DNA of 64,000 nucleotides from Coniocarpon cinnabarinum. Taxonomy: Eukaryota. Numbering within the stretch: the stretch's first letter is position 1; the number at the start of each line of letters is the position of its first letter. A program made the translations under genes and the position numbers. The stretch lies in contig JAVECO010000094.1 of the NCBI GenBank assembly GCA_051942205.1, forward strand, positions 1 to 64,000. The letters are read 5' to 3'. Shown here one piece after another: positions 47,407 to 60,368 of this stretch. The notes under the pieces were generated by a model. That model saw nothing but the letters and a program-made list of their open reading frames with translations. It did not search any database and had not been told where the DNA came from.

Positions 47407-48930
47407 CACAGCGACCCCTAGAATCCTTTCCAGCTAGTAGATCCTGTTGAGTCCGAGGCCACGAGGCTTTAGCTGTAAGCAGTCCGGAGCAGAGCGTGTC
47501 AGGAAGGCCGGCGCGGACGCGGCTGGAGCAAGTTGGCGAGAATACTTTGCATTGCGCCGGTGGCGTAGAAGGTGGATAGGAGCTTCTAACGCGTGCGGTC
47601 GCGTACAGTCGTGAGGTGAGTGGTGTTGAGTGTCAGTCGGCGGGAAAGGTCCGCGCTTTCGTCGTGTCTTCAGTCGTCTTCCTGTAAATTCGCCCCTACA
47701 AATCCATCGCCGTGTCGACACCAATTACAGTCTGAGGCTTCTTGCGCGCACACGATTCTTTTGCAATGCTTATTGAAATGAATGTCTGCTTATACTGCGC
47801 CTGATGCCCTTGTCACTTTTCGGCTTGACTTAAAGTGAGCTGCCAGTGCCGGAGGCAACATTCAAGCGGACGGGTGTGGCCTCTTGACGGGATGCAAAGA
47901 ACACTCAACAGCGAACTACAACGAGACGCAGAGGCTGTCATGTCAGTCGATGTGCTAAATCACTTTGAACAATGATTAGGTTGATGCAATCGGTTGCCAT
48001 CGGCGCGTAGGAGATTCACAGCAGTGAGGGCCGGCACGAGGGGCCTCGAGCGGCACGCAGGTCCATGTTGGATCGAGGTTCCATCCAAGGGGCGCCAGGT
48101 TATCAGAAACGTTTGCTCAGCTGAAACAGGAAATCAAGATTGGCGCAATGGGACTGGTCGATTCTCAACAGCGAATAAGGACCGGCGGCCAAGGCAGAAG
48201 CTGGCAATGATCTGCTCCTTGCCAGACACTTTTGTGCAGGTAGCTCATCTCCAACGGATAAATACACGGGCGCTTCAACATTCGCTTGGAAGTTTCTGCG
48301 CGCGCGGGGCAACAATTTCCGGCTCGACGCCTTCGAGAAGATTTTGCCAGCTGGAGCTGGCCTCCTTCTTGCCGCTCGCATTGCTGGACATGAACGCGAC
48401 CCGCTCATGCATGTCATACTGTTGATTGCGAATGGTATACAAGGTAGAAAGAGGAGCCTACGATGACGGGGGATTCGAGGACACTTCCCAGAGGTGCCGA
48501 AATAAGGATCCACACGGATGGTGGCTGTGGGTGATGCATCGCCATTGGCTAGCTGCATGAACTCACGGCAAGGAATGTATTGGTCTGTGCATTGGGACTC
48601 GGACTTTGGCGCTGCAGCTGTGCAGAGGTGACTGCAAAGTATACGTACCTGCAATTGCTGACGTGTCTGATTATCATAGGCTACGTTGTATGCACACACG
48701 GATAGCTCTTGCGTGAGCGTCTCGATACGGTCACTGGAGCAACAAGTCTTGATTGTAATTTGCCGGAGGAGGACGCATCATGTCGTCACGGTAGTAAAAC
48801 ACACATGCCTGTAGATTGACCCTGCTTTTGCTGGCCCTCCAGCTCACTCGTTTCAGCTCAACCACCCGCAAACCTCTGAATTCGATTTGCGTCTTGACTC
48901 GAGCAGCACACATCTTCATGATTCTTGTCT

Positions 48931-50355
48931 TCAGGACAGTAGGCCGCCCGGCCGGATCTTCGTACCGCCATTGGGCAGCTTCGTTCTGAACAGAACAAAA
49001 GGCCGCTCTCTTCGATCAATCGCGGGTACACCTTGGCCTGGGTAGATGGCGAACAAGTAGTTCAGTTGGTTGACGGTGAAATAGAGGTTGCCGTCGGTGG
49101 CGATCGACATGGTATCAACCCAGTTGATGCGAGGGTCACGTTTGAAGACGGTTGCGAACGTCGTAAGGGGATTATACATCGACACTGCATCTTGTTCAGC
49201 ATTTCCCGCGTAAACAATGCCATTCGAGTCCGTCTCAAGTCCATCGCTGATGCCCTTCTCTCCTAGATTTTTGATAGCTGCAACGGCTTGTGCGTCGCTG
49301 TCGCCGCCTTGAGCGCGTAGCAACTGTGTTGGCACACTGTAGAGGAATCTTCCACCGATGACCGAGTAATACAGGAGGCCGCCGTCAGGACTCATGGCAA
49401 TGCCATCAACGCCAAAGGTAATGTAAGTTGGCACCATCACGCCCGTGATCTGGTACATTGGGTCTCCATACACAAAAGGAACGGTGCCATTGACCGAGTG
49501 AACGGTTGAACTCGCATCAAGGTGTCTCCAGCAGCTGGCCTTTCCAATGTCGCATATGATGATACCATTCCGCCCTTCAACTGAGCTGTCAGAGATGTAC
49601 GCCGCACCTTGGCCCCCATTGATATCCGACAAGTCTGGACTTCGGTCAATGCGCACATCGTTGGGATAAGATGTTGGATACGCAGCATCTCCAAGCAAAA
49701 TCGTCTGGACGACTTGGTTGGACTCCAAGTCAACTTGCACGAGCTTTGGACCTCCAGGCGCGGAATCTAACATCTGTTGCCTGTCATCAGTTTGGGACAT
49801 CCTTTCATGTTCTGAAATAGCGAATATGAGTTACGAACGGGATGCACAGGATCTTCAAAGTCGATGACTCGGCCCGTGTCCAAAATCCATAGGACATCTA
49901 GCTCGTCAATGACAACGCTTTGGACTCCTAGAAGGTGGTTCGGATCTCCTTTCGTTGTCGGTGGGACGGTCAGACGATTCACAGCGCCCAGCGGACTCTG
50001 GTTGTACGTGAGATTCGGATAAGCTGTTTCACTCGACTGGCCGGTCAGCTCCGCGACTTGAAATGTTTCTCCGATTCCTTGAAACGTGTTGGTGGGGTCA
50101 AGGCCTGCGGGAAAGCAGGAAAACATGCGACCAGAATTGGAGACAGCGATGCCTGTGAACATCGGATTAGGTCCACATTCTTGAGCCTTGAGACAAGTTT
50201 ACGTGGCCAAGCTACGAACCCGTCGGCCATTGACCATTATACAGGTGCATAATTTCAAGACTTGAGTCTTGCGCCAAAGGGTCGGTGCGTACATTCTGAG
50301 ATGCAACGAGAGAACATATCACAACATTTGCGAGGAGAAATACATTGAGATGCAT
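48931..50355 (-). CDS. Secreted yellow/major royal jelly protein family beta-propeller
   Basis: Signal peptide MHLNVFLLANVVICSLVAS, then HLYNGQWPTG|IAVSNSGRMF, GVQSVVIDELDVLWILDTGR, GGPKLV, NDVRID, GVDGIA, SDGLETD and WVDT. Two introns. Confidence 0.92.
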
Positions 50356-51028
50356 AGTTCCGGTCTGCACACGTAGGAAAGATGACTAAGAAAACAAGTC
50401 AAAGCGGACTTGCGCCATCGTCTACATTTATAAATCGGGTGCCCGTGTACCAAAAGGGACGCGGATACTCGTTGGCGACCGAGGCATTGTACAAGCGTGA
50501 TCATTAGCTCCGCAACGGCATAGATCGGCCATCCCAAGGTATCTGACTGTATATGCAGTTTGACCGACTGCTGAGGCACATTGAGATTGTGTCAAACCAG
50601 ACAGGAGATGTCCACATGTCCTTGTCACCTTCTCAAAACAAGGTTGCTATGCTTAGCACTTGGACGACTGCAAGGTATTGTGTAGTCTTATGTCAAGTTC
50701 AAGCTTAATTTTGGCATTGGGACCTGAGTCATGCTAGTGCCAGACTTAGTGATCTCGAAGCTGCAGGCGGAGATATAGAGGTACGAGTCCGAGCTCGAGT
50801 GCAGAGGCATCGCATCATGAACTTCTGCGAGCTAATTCATTTGTCATCTACCAAAAATCGCGAAACACTCGCCCATAAAGTAACTGGTAGATAAAGCAAC
50901 TGGTAGACAGCCAGAAACACTTATCACAACACAAGGTGGTTACTCGATGAAGCTACAATCAGTGGGGTGGCTTGAGATTTGTGAGCCACGTGAGCTCTAA
51001 ACGTCAATCCGGACTATCAAGGTGAGCT

Positions 51029-52845
51029 ATGCACGAGATCGTGACCCTTCAAATTGGGGAAGCCGCCAACTATCTCGGTACCCATTTTTGGAACTTGCAA
51101 GAGTCCTACTTCACCTACGGCGCCCACGAGGACTCGCCCATAAATCATGATGTTCACTTTCGCCCTGGTGTGGCCTCGGACGGGTCAGAAACATTCACGC
51201 CACGCACACTCATCTACGACTTCAAATCTCAGTTCGGGGCTTTGCGCAGGATCAATGAGCTCTACGAGATCGATGCCGATCCGGACGCAGAAGCGCTGTC
51301 TAACCCCGCCACGACGGTCCGGCGTCAGCCTCCAATCCCGCCGCATGACTATCAACAAGCCCTAAATGAAGGCACTCAGCCCCCACAGCTCACGAGTGAG
51401 ACTGTGAGATACTGGAGTGATTTCAACCGAGTGTACTACAACCCAAAGTCTATTGCACAGATTCACAGAGAAGAGCTAGGCCCACAGCAGACCTCCTTCT
51501 CGGCAAGTCAGCATGGAGAAGAGCTCTTCTCTCAACTCGGTCGAAGCAAGGATCTCTTGGACGATGATTTTCGTCCTCTCATTGAGGAATGCAACCGCAT
51601 GCAAGGCATTCAAATCCTAACAAATGTCGACGATGGCTGGACTGGTTTCACTTCTCGATACCTCGAGGACTTGCGGGACGAGTATGGCAAGAGCTTCATT
51701 CTAGTATGGGCGGTCAACTCGCACAAGCCGAATGGTCCCCTAGTAGGTCTGCGAAACCAGTCGCACCATCGAAGCAAGTAGCTTATCGGGTCAACACAGG
51801 CTCAAAGGAGAAATGCAGCGCTCAACGAGGCGCACTCGGTCGCGACGATAGGTTCCCAAGCAGACCTCTACTTACCCCTTGTACGCAGTCCGTCTAAGCT
51901 ACCAAGCTATGTGGACTTGGGCCAATGCACATTATGGCAGGCGTCAGCTCTACAATGCTGTGCCATGGACACGCTCTTGTTACCGACTAAAACCCGACAT
52001 ACTTCGACGTCTTCATCACTGAGCCTAGACAACCTCTTCAGACCTCCAAATGAGCGGCAAAGATTGGGTGAGTTCTTCAGTCTATGTTTTCTCAAAACCT
52101 TGTTGCCCTCGATTACTGTTTCATCATAGACTAATCTGGCCATCGTTCCCTTTTGCTTGGCTGCTTGTACTCCCCGAAAAGATCGCGACTGATAACATGC
52201 AACGCAGCAAATGTGGAAGTCCGATTCCAGCCTCATGGCTCGGAGACGGGAATGACAAACGGCGTCATTCCAAGTAAAACCTACCCACCTGAGAGTTGCA
52301 ACCTGTTTCCCAGCCTACCTCGCGTCCTCGGCCAGAGAGAACGACCTGTGGAAGTACTTCACCAGCTCGATGTTCTCCGTGGCTCCCACCTGGAAGAGCT
52401 GATGCCTGAGATGACGCAGCCGTCAAAGTATCGTAGCAGAAGGTATGTTAGATCGCATCCATGTCTGCTCGGCATCATCGTGGATCTGTCTGCATGTACG
52501 AATCCGTACCCACATCATGTCGTGCGACGTCCAAGAGAGGGTGATAAAGTCCACGAAAATTATGCTGACTCGACCCTTGCGCAAAGCCTAACGAGCGACC
52601 TTGCGTTTCCAGCCCTTGACAGCTTTCCACCCCTCTACCAAGCAAGCACCAACCAGCCCGGGAAGTTCAGTATGCGGGCTACCATGTCCACAAACACCGG
52701 CATATCACATTGGGTCCGGCAACTCGATGCGGTGACTCGGCCTCACTTTAGCCGTGAAGAGAGGGAGGCCATTGCAGACGAGCTACAGCTAATGGCTGAA
52801 GCTTACCAAACAGATTCTGACAGCAACGATGACTCAGACGAGTGA
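51029..52845 (+). CDS. DML1: Misato/Dml1 tubulin-FtsZ-like protein
   Basis: MHEIVTLQIG..NYLGTHFWNLQESYF, TFTPRTLIYDFK..FGAL, VRYWSDFNRVYY and EECNRMQGIQ..DDGWTGF. About three introns; ends ..EREAIADELQLMAEAY..SDE*. Confidence 0.93.
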
Positions 52846-54492
52846 CGGGGTTTGCCAACTCAAACGCAGCCCTTGACCCCAGCACCCCGATCGTGCAGAG
52901 GTTGCAGCAGCCCCACACGCGGATACCCCTGGACTCGCTTACATCGACTGTGGCTTCACGCTCGTCTACTTGAGTCTGCAAGATGGCTAAAATTACATCG
53001 CGTCTCAACGGCGAGGAAGTCCAGCCCCGACACTATTTTGCACAAAGCCCATGTTGCTCAACGGCGATGCCAGGCAGGCAGCCGACGCGAGCGATCTCGG
53101 CTGGAGCGGCCACGCGGCGATACATGTAGCCCCATGGTAGTGAACCGGTTTGTGCATATCTCCGATTTGGGCAGTGTTTAATTTCCCACTCACCGGGAGG
53201 CGTGATTCCAAACGAAGAAAAGGCGCACGACGAGGGGCCGTGCGCATGATCCTCTTGGCGGTGGTCGAGCCGCAATGCCCGTCAGCAACGCTGCCCTAGC
53301 ACGCCTGGCATACGACACTTCCAAACCATCGGCGTTTGAGCTGATTTTGCACAGCCAGGGAAGCAGGGGATCTCCCTTGGCACACACCCACACACACGTC
53401 GGCTTACCTCTGCCGGCACACACTCCCTTGCAAGTCGACCAAACGATGACATGTGATGGAGGCCAAGCAGGTGCACACCCTGGACAAGACTGCCGGAAGC
53501 CGCCGTGTCTGCCAGAACAGGGTGTCACCGGCACGAGGGACCAGGGGCCCGAAATACTTGCCTGGACGGTGTGTGGGTCGTCTGGGCTGTGAGAGATGGG
53601 CGCGAGGAGTCGAGCAAGCGAAATCAGCATGCAAGGCTCCGCTGAGCAGGCGATGTCCTGGGCGGCTGCTGTGTGCTCAGGCGTCCACGTGAAAGAGGGT
53701 GAGTACATACAACTCTGTCTGTGTCGACGATCAGGGGAGCCAGCAAGTACCGAATACTGTTTGGGGGGAGAGTCACACACACTGGACCAAACGCGGTGAC
53801 GGAGGCTGACAGTTGTCCTCTGGGGCGCGCACAGCACAACACACCACACTCTGCTCACGGCCGTTGGCTCGGGCGTTTCAAATTAGCAGCTGTTCCTGCT
53901 TTAGCGGCCGGACGGCGGCGAATCACAGCACAGATTCACGCGGTAGCGAGCGGGTGCCCCTGAGGCTAGCGGTGGAGCGCGAATATCTGACGAGGTACCG
54001 GCGGAACCGCAGTCGCAGCACTGTCGTCCTCACTGGCCGCCAGTCTCCTTGAGTCTCCTTGCCGCTGGCTCAAGCTCGCCTCCAATACGGCTGCTTTGTC
54101 GCCATTCGTTGACCGCTCGTGTTCGTCGCGACCGCCACGTCGCTTTGGGTTTGGGCTGGGGGCGCTCGATGCGGCGATGCCTTGCCCCCTGTCGGCTCTG
54201 GGGTCCGACTGTCCACTCCTTCACCTGTTGCGCCCAGTGCAACCACGATGCGCCTCGCACGACATAAGACCCCCCGTCTCCCGCCTGGCTTTCTGCTTTC
54301 TTTCTCCTCTTCTCTCCTCCATCCAAGCACTCATCGGGTTTTTGTGTATTACTGCCTTTGGGCTTCCTCAACTATCGTTAATTAATACTTAATATCATTT
54401 CATCCATTCACCCGCTTCAGGACCGCAAGGACCTCGTTGTTTTCAGAGCACCCATTCAACACTCTCACTAATACACACAAAACACCGTCACG

Positions 54493-56082
54493 ATGAAATC
54501 CTACGCTGCCGTCGCTCTCGCCGTCGCGGGCTTGACCTCTGCCCAGCAGTACGGCGCCAACCAGCCGGCGCCTGGCAACTACGGTGGCAACCAGCCTGCT
54601 CCGTACAACAGCCAGCCTGCAGGCTACTCCCAGCCTGCTGCTCCCGGCAACTACGGTGGCAGCCAGCCCTCTCAGCCTGCCGCCCCGGGCAACTACGGCT
54701 CCTCTGCGCCCGGTGGCTACACCAGCAAGCCTGAGACCTACACTCAGCCCTCCGCTCCAGGCAGCTACAGCAGCACCTCCAAGCCAGACACGTACAAGCC
54801 GGAGACCAGCACCCCTGGCCCCTACACCAGCAAGCCAGAGACCACTCCCGCTCCGTACACCAGCAAGTCGGAGACTACCCCGGCTCCTTACACGAGCAAG
54901 TCTGAGACCTCCCCGGCTCCCTACACCAGCAAGTCGGAGACCACCCCGGCCCCGTACACCAGCTCCAGCAGCACTACCCCTGTGCCGTACACGAGCACCA
55001 GCAAGTCGGGGACCACTCCCGTGCCATACACGAGCAAGTCCAGCAGCAGCACTCCCGCTCCTTACTCTTCCACCAGCACTGCCGTGGTCTACACTACCAC
55101 CTCCACTTGCCCAGCCGGCGTTCCCGTCACCACGTCTTACTCCACCCCGGTCGTCCAGACCAAGACGGAGACCAAGACCAGCACCATCACCGCCTGCCCG
55201 TCGACCGTTCCCAACTGCCCGGCCAAGGGTTCAACCACCGTGTACACCACCGAGTACACCTCCACTTGCCCACCTGGCGCCCCGGTCACCACCTCCTACA
55301 CTACCCCGACGGTCCTCACCACGACCGTCAGCAAGACTGCTCCGGGCACGACCACCACTGTCGTCCAGCCCCCACAGACCGTCACCTCCGTCCAGACTTA
55401 CACCACTTCCGTGTCCTGCCCGGCGAGCTCCCCAGTCACCATCATCCCAACCCCAGGAACCACGGTTGTTACCAGCTACTCGACCCCGACTGTTGTCCCG
55501 GTCACCAGCTACAGCACCGTTTCTTCGGTCGCTCCTGGCACCACCATCACTGCCACTGCTAGCACCACCTCATCCGTGGTCTTGACCTCCTACGTGCCCA
55601 CCATCCAGACCACCGTCGTTCCATCCAGCCAGGCTGTCACCACGGTCATTCCCCCGGTCTCTGCGCCTCAAGCCTCTGCCCCAGCAGCTTCCGCACCAGC
55701 AGGTTCGGCACCAGTCGCATCTGCCCCTGGCGCCTCTGCTCCGGCTCCGGCTGCTCCTGCTCAGCCCCAGACTACCACCTACACCATGGCCCCGGGTACC
55801 ACTCACATCACCCAATACCAGACCTCGCAGACTACCGTCGCGACTGTGGTACCAGTGCCTGTCAGCCCCGCTCCCTATGCTCCTGGTGCCAGCGCCCCGG
55901 CTGCCAGCGCTCCCTACGCTCCTGGTGCCAGTGCCCCAGCTGCTCCAGCTGCCCCCGGCACCTCGAGCCAGGTCACCCCAAGCCCAGTTTCGCCGACCCC
56001 GGCCAAGTACACTGGCGCTGCCTCCTCCAACTCTGTTCCAGTCGTCGCCCTCTTCGGTGCGCTCGCTGCTTTCTTCCTGTAA
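54493..56082 (+). CDS. Repeat-rich Ser/Thr/Pro GPI-anchored cell-wall protein
   Basis: Signal peptide MKSYAAVALAVAGLTSA, internal tandem repeats and GPI tail YTGAASSNSVPVVALFGALAAFFL. Strong C-ending codon bias. Confidence 0.92.
   Translation: MKSYAAVALAVAGLTSAQQYGANQPAPGNYGGNQPAPYNSQPAGYSQPAAPGNYGGSQPSQPAAPGNYGSSAPGGYTSKPETYTQPSAPGSYSSTSKPDTYKPETSTPGPYTSKPETTPAPYTSKSETTPAPYTSKSETSPAPYTSKSETTPAPYTSSSSTTPVPYTSTSKSGTTPVPYTSKSSSSTPAPYSSTSTAVVYTTTSTCPAGVPVTTSYSTPVVQTKTETKTSTITACPSTVPNCPAKGSTTVYTTEYTSTCPPGAPVTTSYTTPTVLTTTVSKTAPGTTTTVVQPPQTVTSVQTYTTSVSCPASSPVTIIPTPGTTVVTSYSTPTVVPVTSYSTVSSVAPGTTITATASTTSSVVLTSYVPTIQTTVVPSSQAVTTVIPPVSAPQASAPAASAPAGSAPVASAPGASAPAPAAPAQPQTTTYTMAPGTTHITQYQTSQTTVATVVPVPVSPAPYAPGASAPAASAPYAPGASAPAAPAAPGTSSQVTPSPVSPTPAKYTGAASSNSVPVVALFGALAAFFL
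54823..55070 (+). repeat. Intragenic 33-nt tandem repeat encoding YTSKSETTPAP-like units
   Basis: About seven degenerate copies of TACACCAGCAAGTCGGAGACCACCCCGGCCCCG. Confidence 0.85.
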
Positions 56083-57322
56083 ACAATTCTCTCTTCGAGA
56101 TGTTTGCATGGGTTGGCTCGCGATGAATGTTTTGTGCAAGTTTTAGATTAATACCAGGGAACATCAAGCGCATCCGATTTAATGACTCGTTTGGTTATGG
56201 GGCACTTGTGGATTGAGGAGCAGTTTAATTAGAGCTTGCTCTCCTTGTGTATGTTTTGTGATTGCGGTGCAGCTTTTGCGGCCGGTGATGGATAATTAGA
56301 AAATTCAATGCAAGGATTGATCTGAACCTGAATGTCTTCAAATGCCGTGACTGTTTTCCGAGCTCTGCTTTCTCAATTCAATACGAATCAGGTTCACAAT
56401 CTCGAGGTAGCCATTGAATTATGGATGTACTCAAGACATGCCAACCCGAGCGTAAGAGTTACTGTCATACGTTTTGGTTTGGCAAGACTGGCTGACCATG
56501 AGCTCTGCTGCTGCTACCGCAATCCTCTGCACGCATGCCCATGCACATAAAGAGCTAGCCAGTGATTTGCATCGTGCACGACGACCCAATCCTAGTCAAA
56601 TACGTCGCTCTTCTATCTAATAATGTGCTGGTGTCTAGACACCTACGAGCGTCGCATGTCAAGGAAGCTCATACGGCCGCCGATCCGTGCTCTGTACAAG
56701 CTAAGAAGTCTTTCTAGGCGTAGAGAAGGGGGACGTTGCAAAGTCAATATAACTCGCAAGCTCTGGACGATAAGGATTTGGTATCATGTACAAGGATGGC
56801 GCGGATCGTCCAAAGGTCGTAGGTGGGCAGGTATGTTATCCATAGAACCAAGCAATGGGGGAGAAAAGTCAAACCCTGCCGCAATGGTGTCACATGGCAG
56901 CGGAGAAGGCTGTGCCAGAAATCTTCCTACCTACTACAGCTGTTGCAAACCTTCTCTCGCTCTCTTTCGTACTCTAACTTCATTGCCTGCCAGTGCTTTC
57001 TTTTCATCTACTTTACCAACTGTTGTCGGGCGCTTTGTGCTGTCAAAGTCGCTTGCATCAGCAGCAGAACTACTTGTGGAGGTGGCGTCGAGTTCTCACA
57101 TTCCGGAAGAGCGACATTGATCGATTTCTGCAACCATTCAACGACATCCTCACCATCCACGCAACATCGACGCATAACCGGCTTCAACACAGCAGATCAC
57201 AGATACTCGCAAGGGTCAGAACACCTCTCAAGTCGACGGACTCCATTTATCTTGACGTGTCTACAGTGAATTCTCGAATTCGTCAAATTTGACAGCCTCG
57301 CTCCTGAGTTCCTGAGCCTAAC

Positions 57323-59522
57323 ATGTCCACCATGTCAGCAGGAGCCTACGACGTTGAGGCGCTCCTTGAAGAAGCCGCAAAAGACGTCAAGGCTTCGGAT
57401 AAACGCAAGGCCGAGGAAAAACGAAAAAATGAGGAGGCCAAACGCCTCAAGGTCCAGAGAGAGATTCATAACGGCATTTATCAGAGACGAGGAAGCGACA
57501 GTTCGCAGCGCCGCGGCAATGGCGATTTCCAGCGTCGTGGAAGTGACAACAGTGATCGGCCCGCCCGAGGCCGTGGATACAGCCGCGAGCGAGAGCGAGA
57601 GCGCCGACATGACGACAGATCCGCGGAACGACGTCGTCGAAATGCCTCCAAGCCAGATTTGATGTCGAACTCGCCAGGCGGTCGCGGTCGCGATCGCGAT
57701 TCATTTCGAGCTGCGAGAATGGAGGCAGACGCCGACCGAGACCGCGCTTATAGAAACCATTGGGCTAATTCGCGTCCCATGTACAGGGATCGCGGGCGAT
57801 CACGATCACCGTCTGACCGATATTATCGTCCCCCTGGGGATCGCAGTGAACGTGGTCAGTATCGAGAGCGAGAGAATGACCTCGAAAGAGAGTTCGAGCG
57901 TGAGGCTAATCGGCAGCGTGAGCGAGAGCGCGACCGTCAGATGGGAGCGGGTCCTCGCGCTAAGAAGGAACCGAGCAGAAGTCCACCACCTCAGACTAAG
58001 AAACCAAAGCAATCCCCCGAGCCTGCTCTCACCGAAGACGAACGCGATAGGCGTACAGTGTTCGTGCAGCAGCTTGCTGCACGTTTGCGGACCAAGGAGC
58101 TCATTGATTTCTTCACGAAAGCCGGTCCTGTGAAAGAAGCACAGATCGTGAGAGACCGTGTCTCGAAGCGTTCCAAAGGGTCAGTGTCTTTTTCTCTTGA
58201 TTCTGAGAGGACGCGAAATGGACTAATTGTGACGTGCAGTGTTGGTTATGTCGAGTTCAGAAATGAGGAATCTGTGCAAGTTGCGATTGGGCTCACGGGC
58301 CAGAAACTACTCGGAATCCCCATCATCGCACAGCTAACGGAAGCCGAAAAGAATCGTCAAGCTCGTAAGAACAGTAACAGCGGTGGCAGCGCGAACACGG
58401 CTCCGTACCACCGTCTCTATGTTGGCAACATTCATTTCAGTGTCACCGAAGAAGATGTCAAGTCCCTCTTTGAGCCTTTCGGCGATTTGGAGTTTGTGCA
58501 GCTACATGTAGATGAGAACCAACGCAGCCGCGGCTTCGGATTTGTCCAGTAAGTTGCATTGCGCTTTCATTGATTTTCACATAGCATCAATGCTGACCAT
58601 CCAGGTTCACTGACCCCGAGCATGCCAAAGAAGCTCTTGAGAAAATGAACAATTTCGAAGTGGCAGGTCGTGCCATTCGTGTCGGATTGGGAAATGACAA
58701 ATTCACGCCTGAGTCTACTCAGACACTCTTGCAAAAGTTTGGTCAGCCAGACACTCAGAAATACACAGGCTCCTCCTTCTCCGGCTCCGGTGGGCGCGGC
58801 TCCCATGCTGGCGGTGCCGGCGGCAACTTCGACCGCGCTGGTGGCCGTGACGACAAGAAAGGCACCGGTGCTAGTGCGCTTGATGACACCGACGTGACCA
58901 GTGTCAACTTCAACAACTTCAGTCGTGATACCCTTATGAAGAAGCTGGCTCGCGCGGAAGACAACTTCGACTCGCGTGGGCGGTCAACAGCAAAGCCAAC
59001 GGTCACGCCGGCCGCGCCAGAACCGGCAAAGTCTCGCTGCATGGTGCTCAAGGGGATGTTTGATCCAGCAACGTAAGTCAATTTTTCTTGTTCTCACTCT
59101 CATGGCCATGCGTGACTGCCTGTCCATGATGCCCAATTTGCCGTGTTCGCCGCTATGTCAATGCTGCAACGAGCGTTCACATCTTGCGGTTGTGACGCCC
59201 ATGGCCTTGCGCCTCTTCCGCATGTTCATCCACTATCCTTCATGCAATATCTGACACTTGCTCTAGGGAAGAGGGTTCCAGTTGGGTGAAGGAGCTTGAA
59301 GAAGACGTCCGTGTCGAATGCAACCAGAAATACGGCCGGGTCGTTCACGTTTCCGTCGACCCGAATTCTCAGGGCGATATCTACATTGCGTTTGACAAAC
59401 TGGAGGGAGGTGACGCTGCCTACAAAAGCCTTCAGGGCCGTTTCTTCGGCGGAAGGCCAATTACCGCCAGCTTTATAGTCGAAGCCATCTACAAGACCAA
59501 CTTTCCCAAGGCTGGTCTTTAG
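57323..59522 (+). CDS. rsd1: Splicing factor RBM39/CAPER orthologue (Rsd1/Pad-1)
   Basis: DVEALLE N-terminus, RS/RD-rich region, RRM1 ([17 protein letters not shown]), RRM2 (RLYVGNIHF), ALDDTD linker and C-terminal UHM. Introns 58180-58239, 58549-58604 and 59073-59266. Confidence 0.95.
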
Positions 59523-60368
59523 GATGGGTCAAGTCAAAAGGAAGCGAGCCAAAAGGAAGCGTAGCTACGTTCAATGGTGGAGACGCGGAGGATGGTCATG
59601 CATGACAAAACGATGAACGACACGATACTGACGACTGTTCAAATGACGTTAACGACTTGAAAAAGCGTAGGACGGCTTGGTCTGCATGCGACACCTTCTC
59701 GCCCACTTGCTACTTCGACTGCCAGAATCCGACAATCATCCAGTCCATCAATCGCAATATCCAACGTAAGTACAATCGACCTTCACAATCCAATGCAACA
59801 CAACATCACCCCCAACAGCTCAAAGTTCCCCCCAACAACCCCAATTGCACATTCAGCACATCTACCCAACCCTGCGTCAAGGCCGCTGCAGACGCCTTCA
59901 CATCCATTGCCCTCGTCTCAGAGGTGCACACGGATCTACTTTCACTCAAGGGTGAATCGTGTAATTTTAGATAGGCTTTGGCCTCTTGATGCGCTCCTTG
60001 TCTTTAGGACTTGGTGCCGCGGATGGACGCGCCGGCAATCACATACGATGAGATGATGTATCTAAAAACTCTTGAATTCAAGGAACAAAAAAAACATGTA
60101 GTGTGTTTTGATGTCTTTCAAGGAAATCAGGCGTGCGAGTGCAGTTCGCCGAAAGAATTGCTAGGTGACTATCATCAGCAGCAATTTCTTGGCGCTCTAT
60201 CGCGGGATATTTTTATAATCCTGTTTCAACTTCAGGTCTGACAAGCAACAAGTTTCTGCCAGATGTCTGTCAAATTAGGTAGAGCAGAAGGCAGGCTTTT
60301 AGCTGCCCAGTTTGAATCTTTGAAGAAAAGTCTGTAAAAGTCTGTCTTTGTTGCAAGAAGGTCGTGGC

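Noticed and set aside
52852..54400. GC-rich ORFs upstream of the cell-wall gene
   Set aside because: They look like chance ORFs in a long promoter region.
54584..56139. Alternative-frame and antisense ORFs (333, 151 and 189 aa)
   Set aside because: They are by-products of repeats and codon bias in the real gene.
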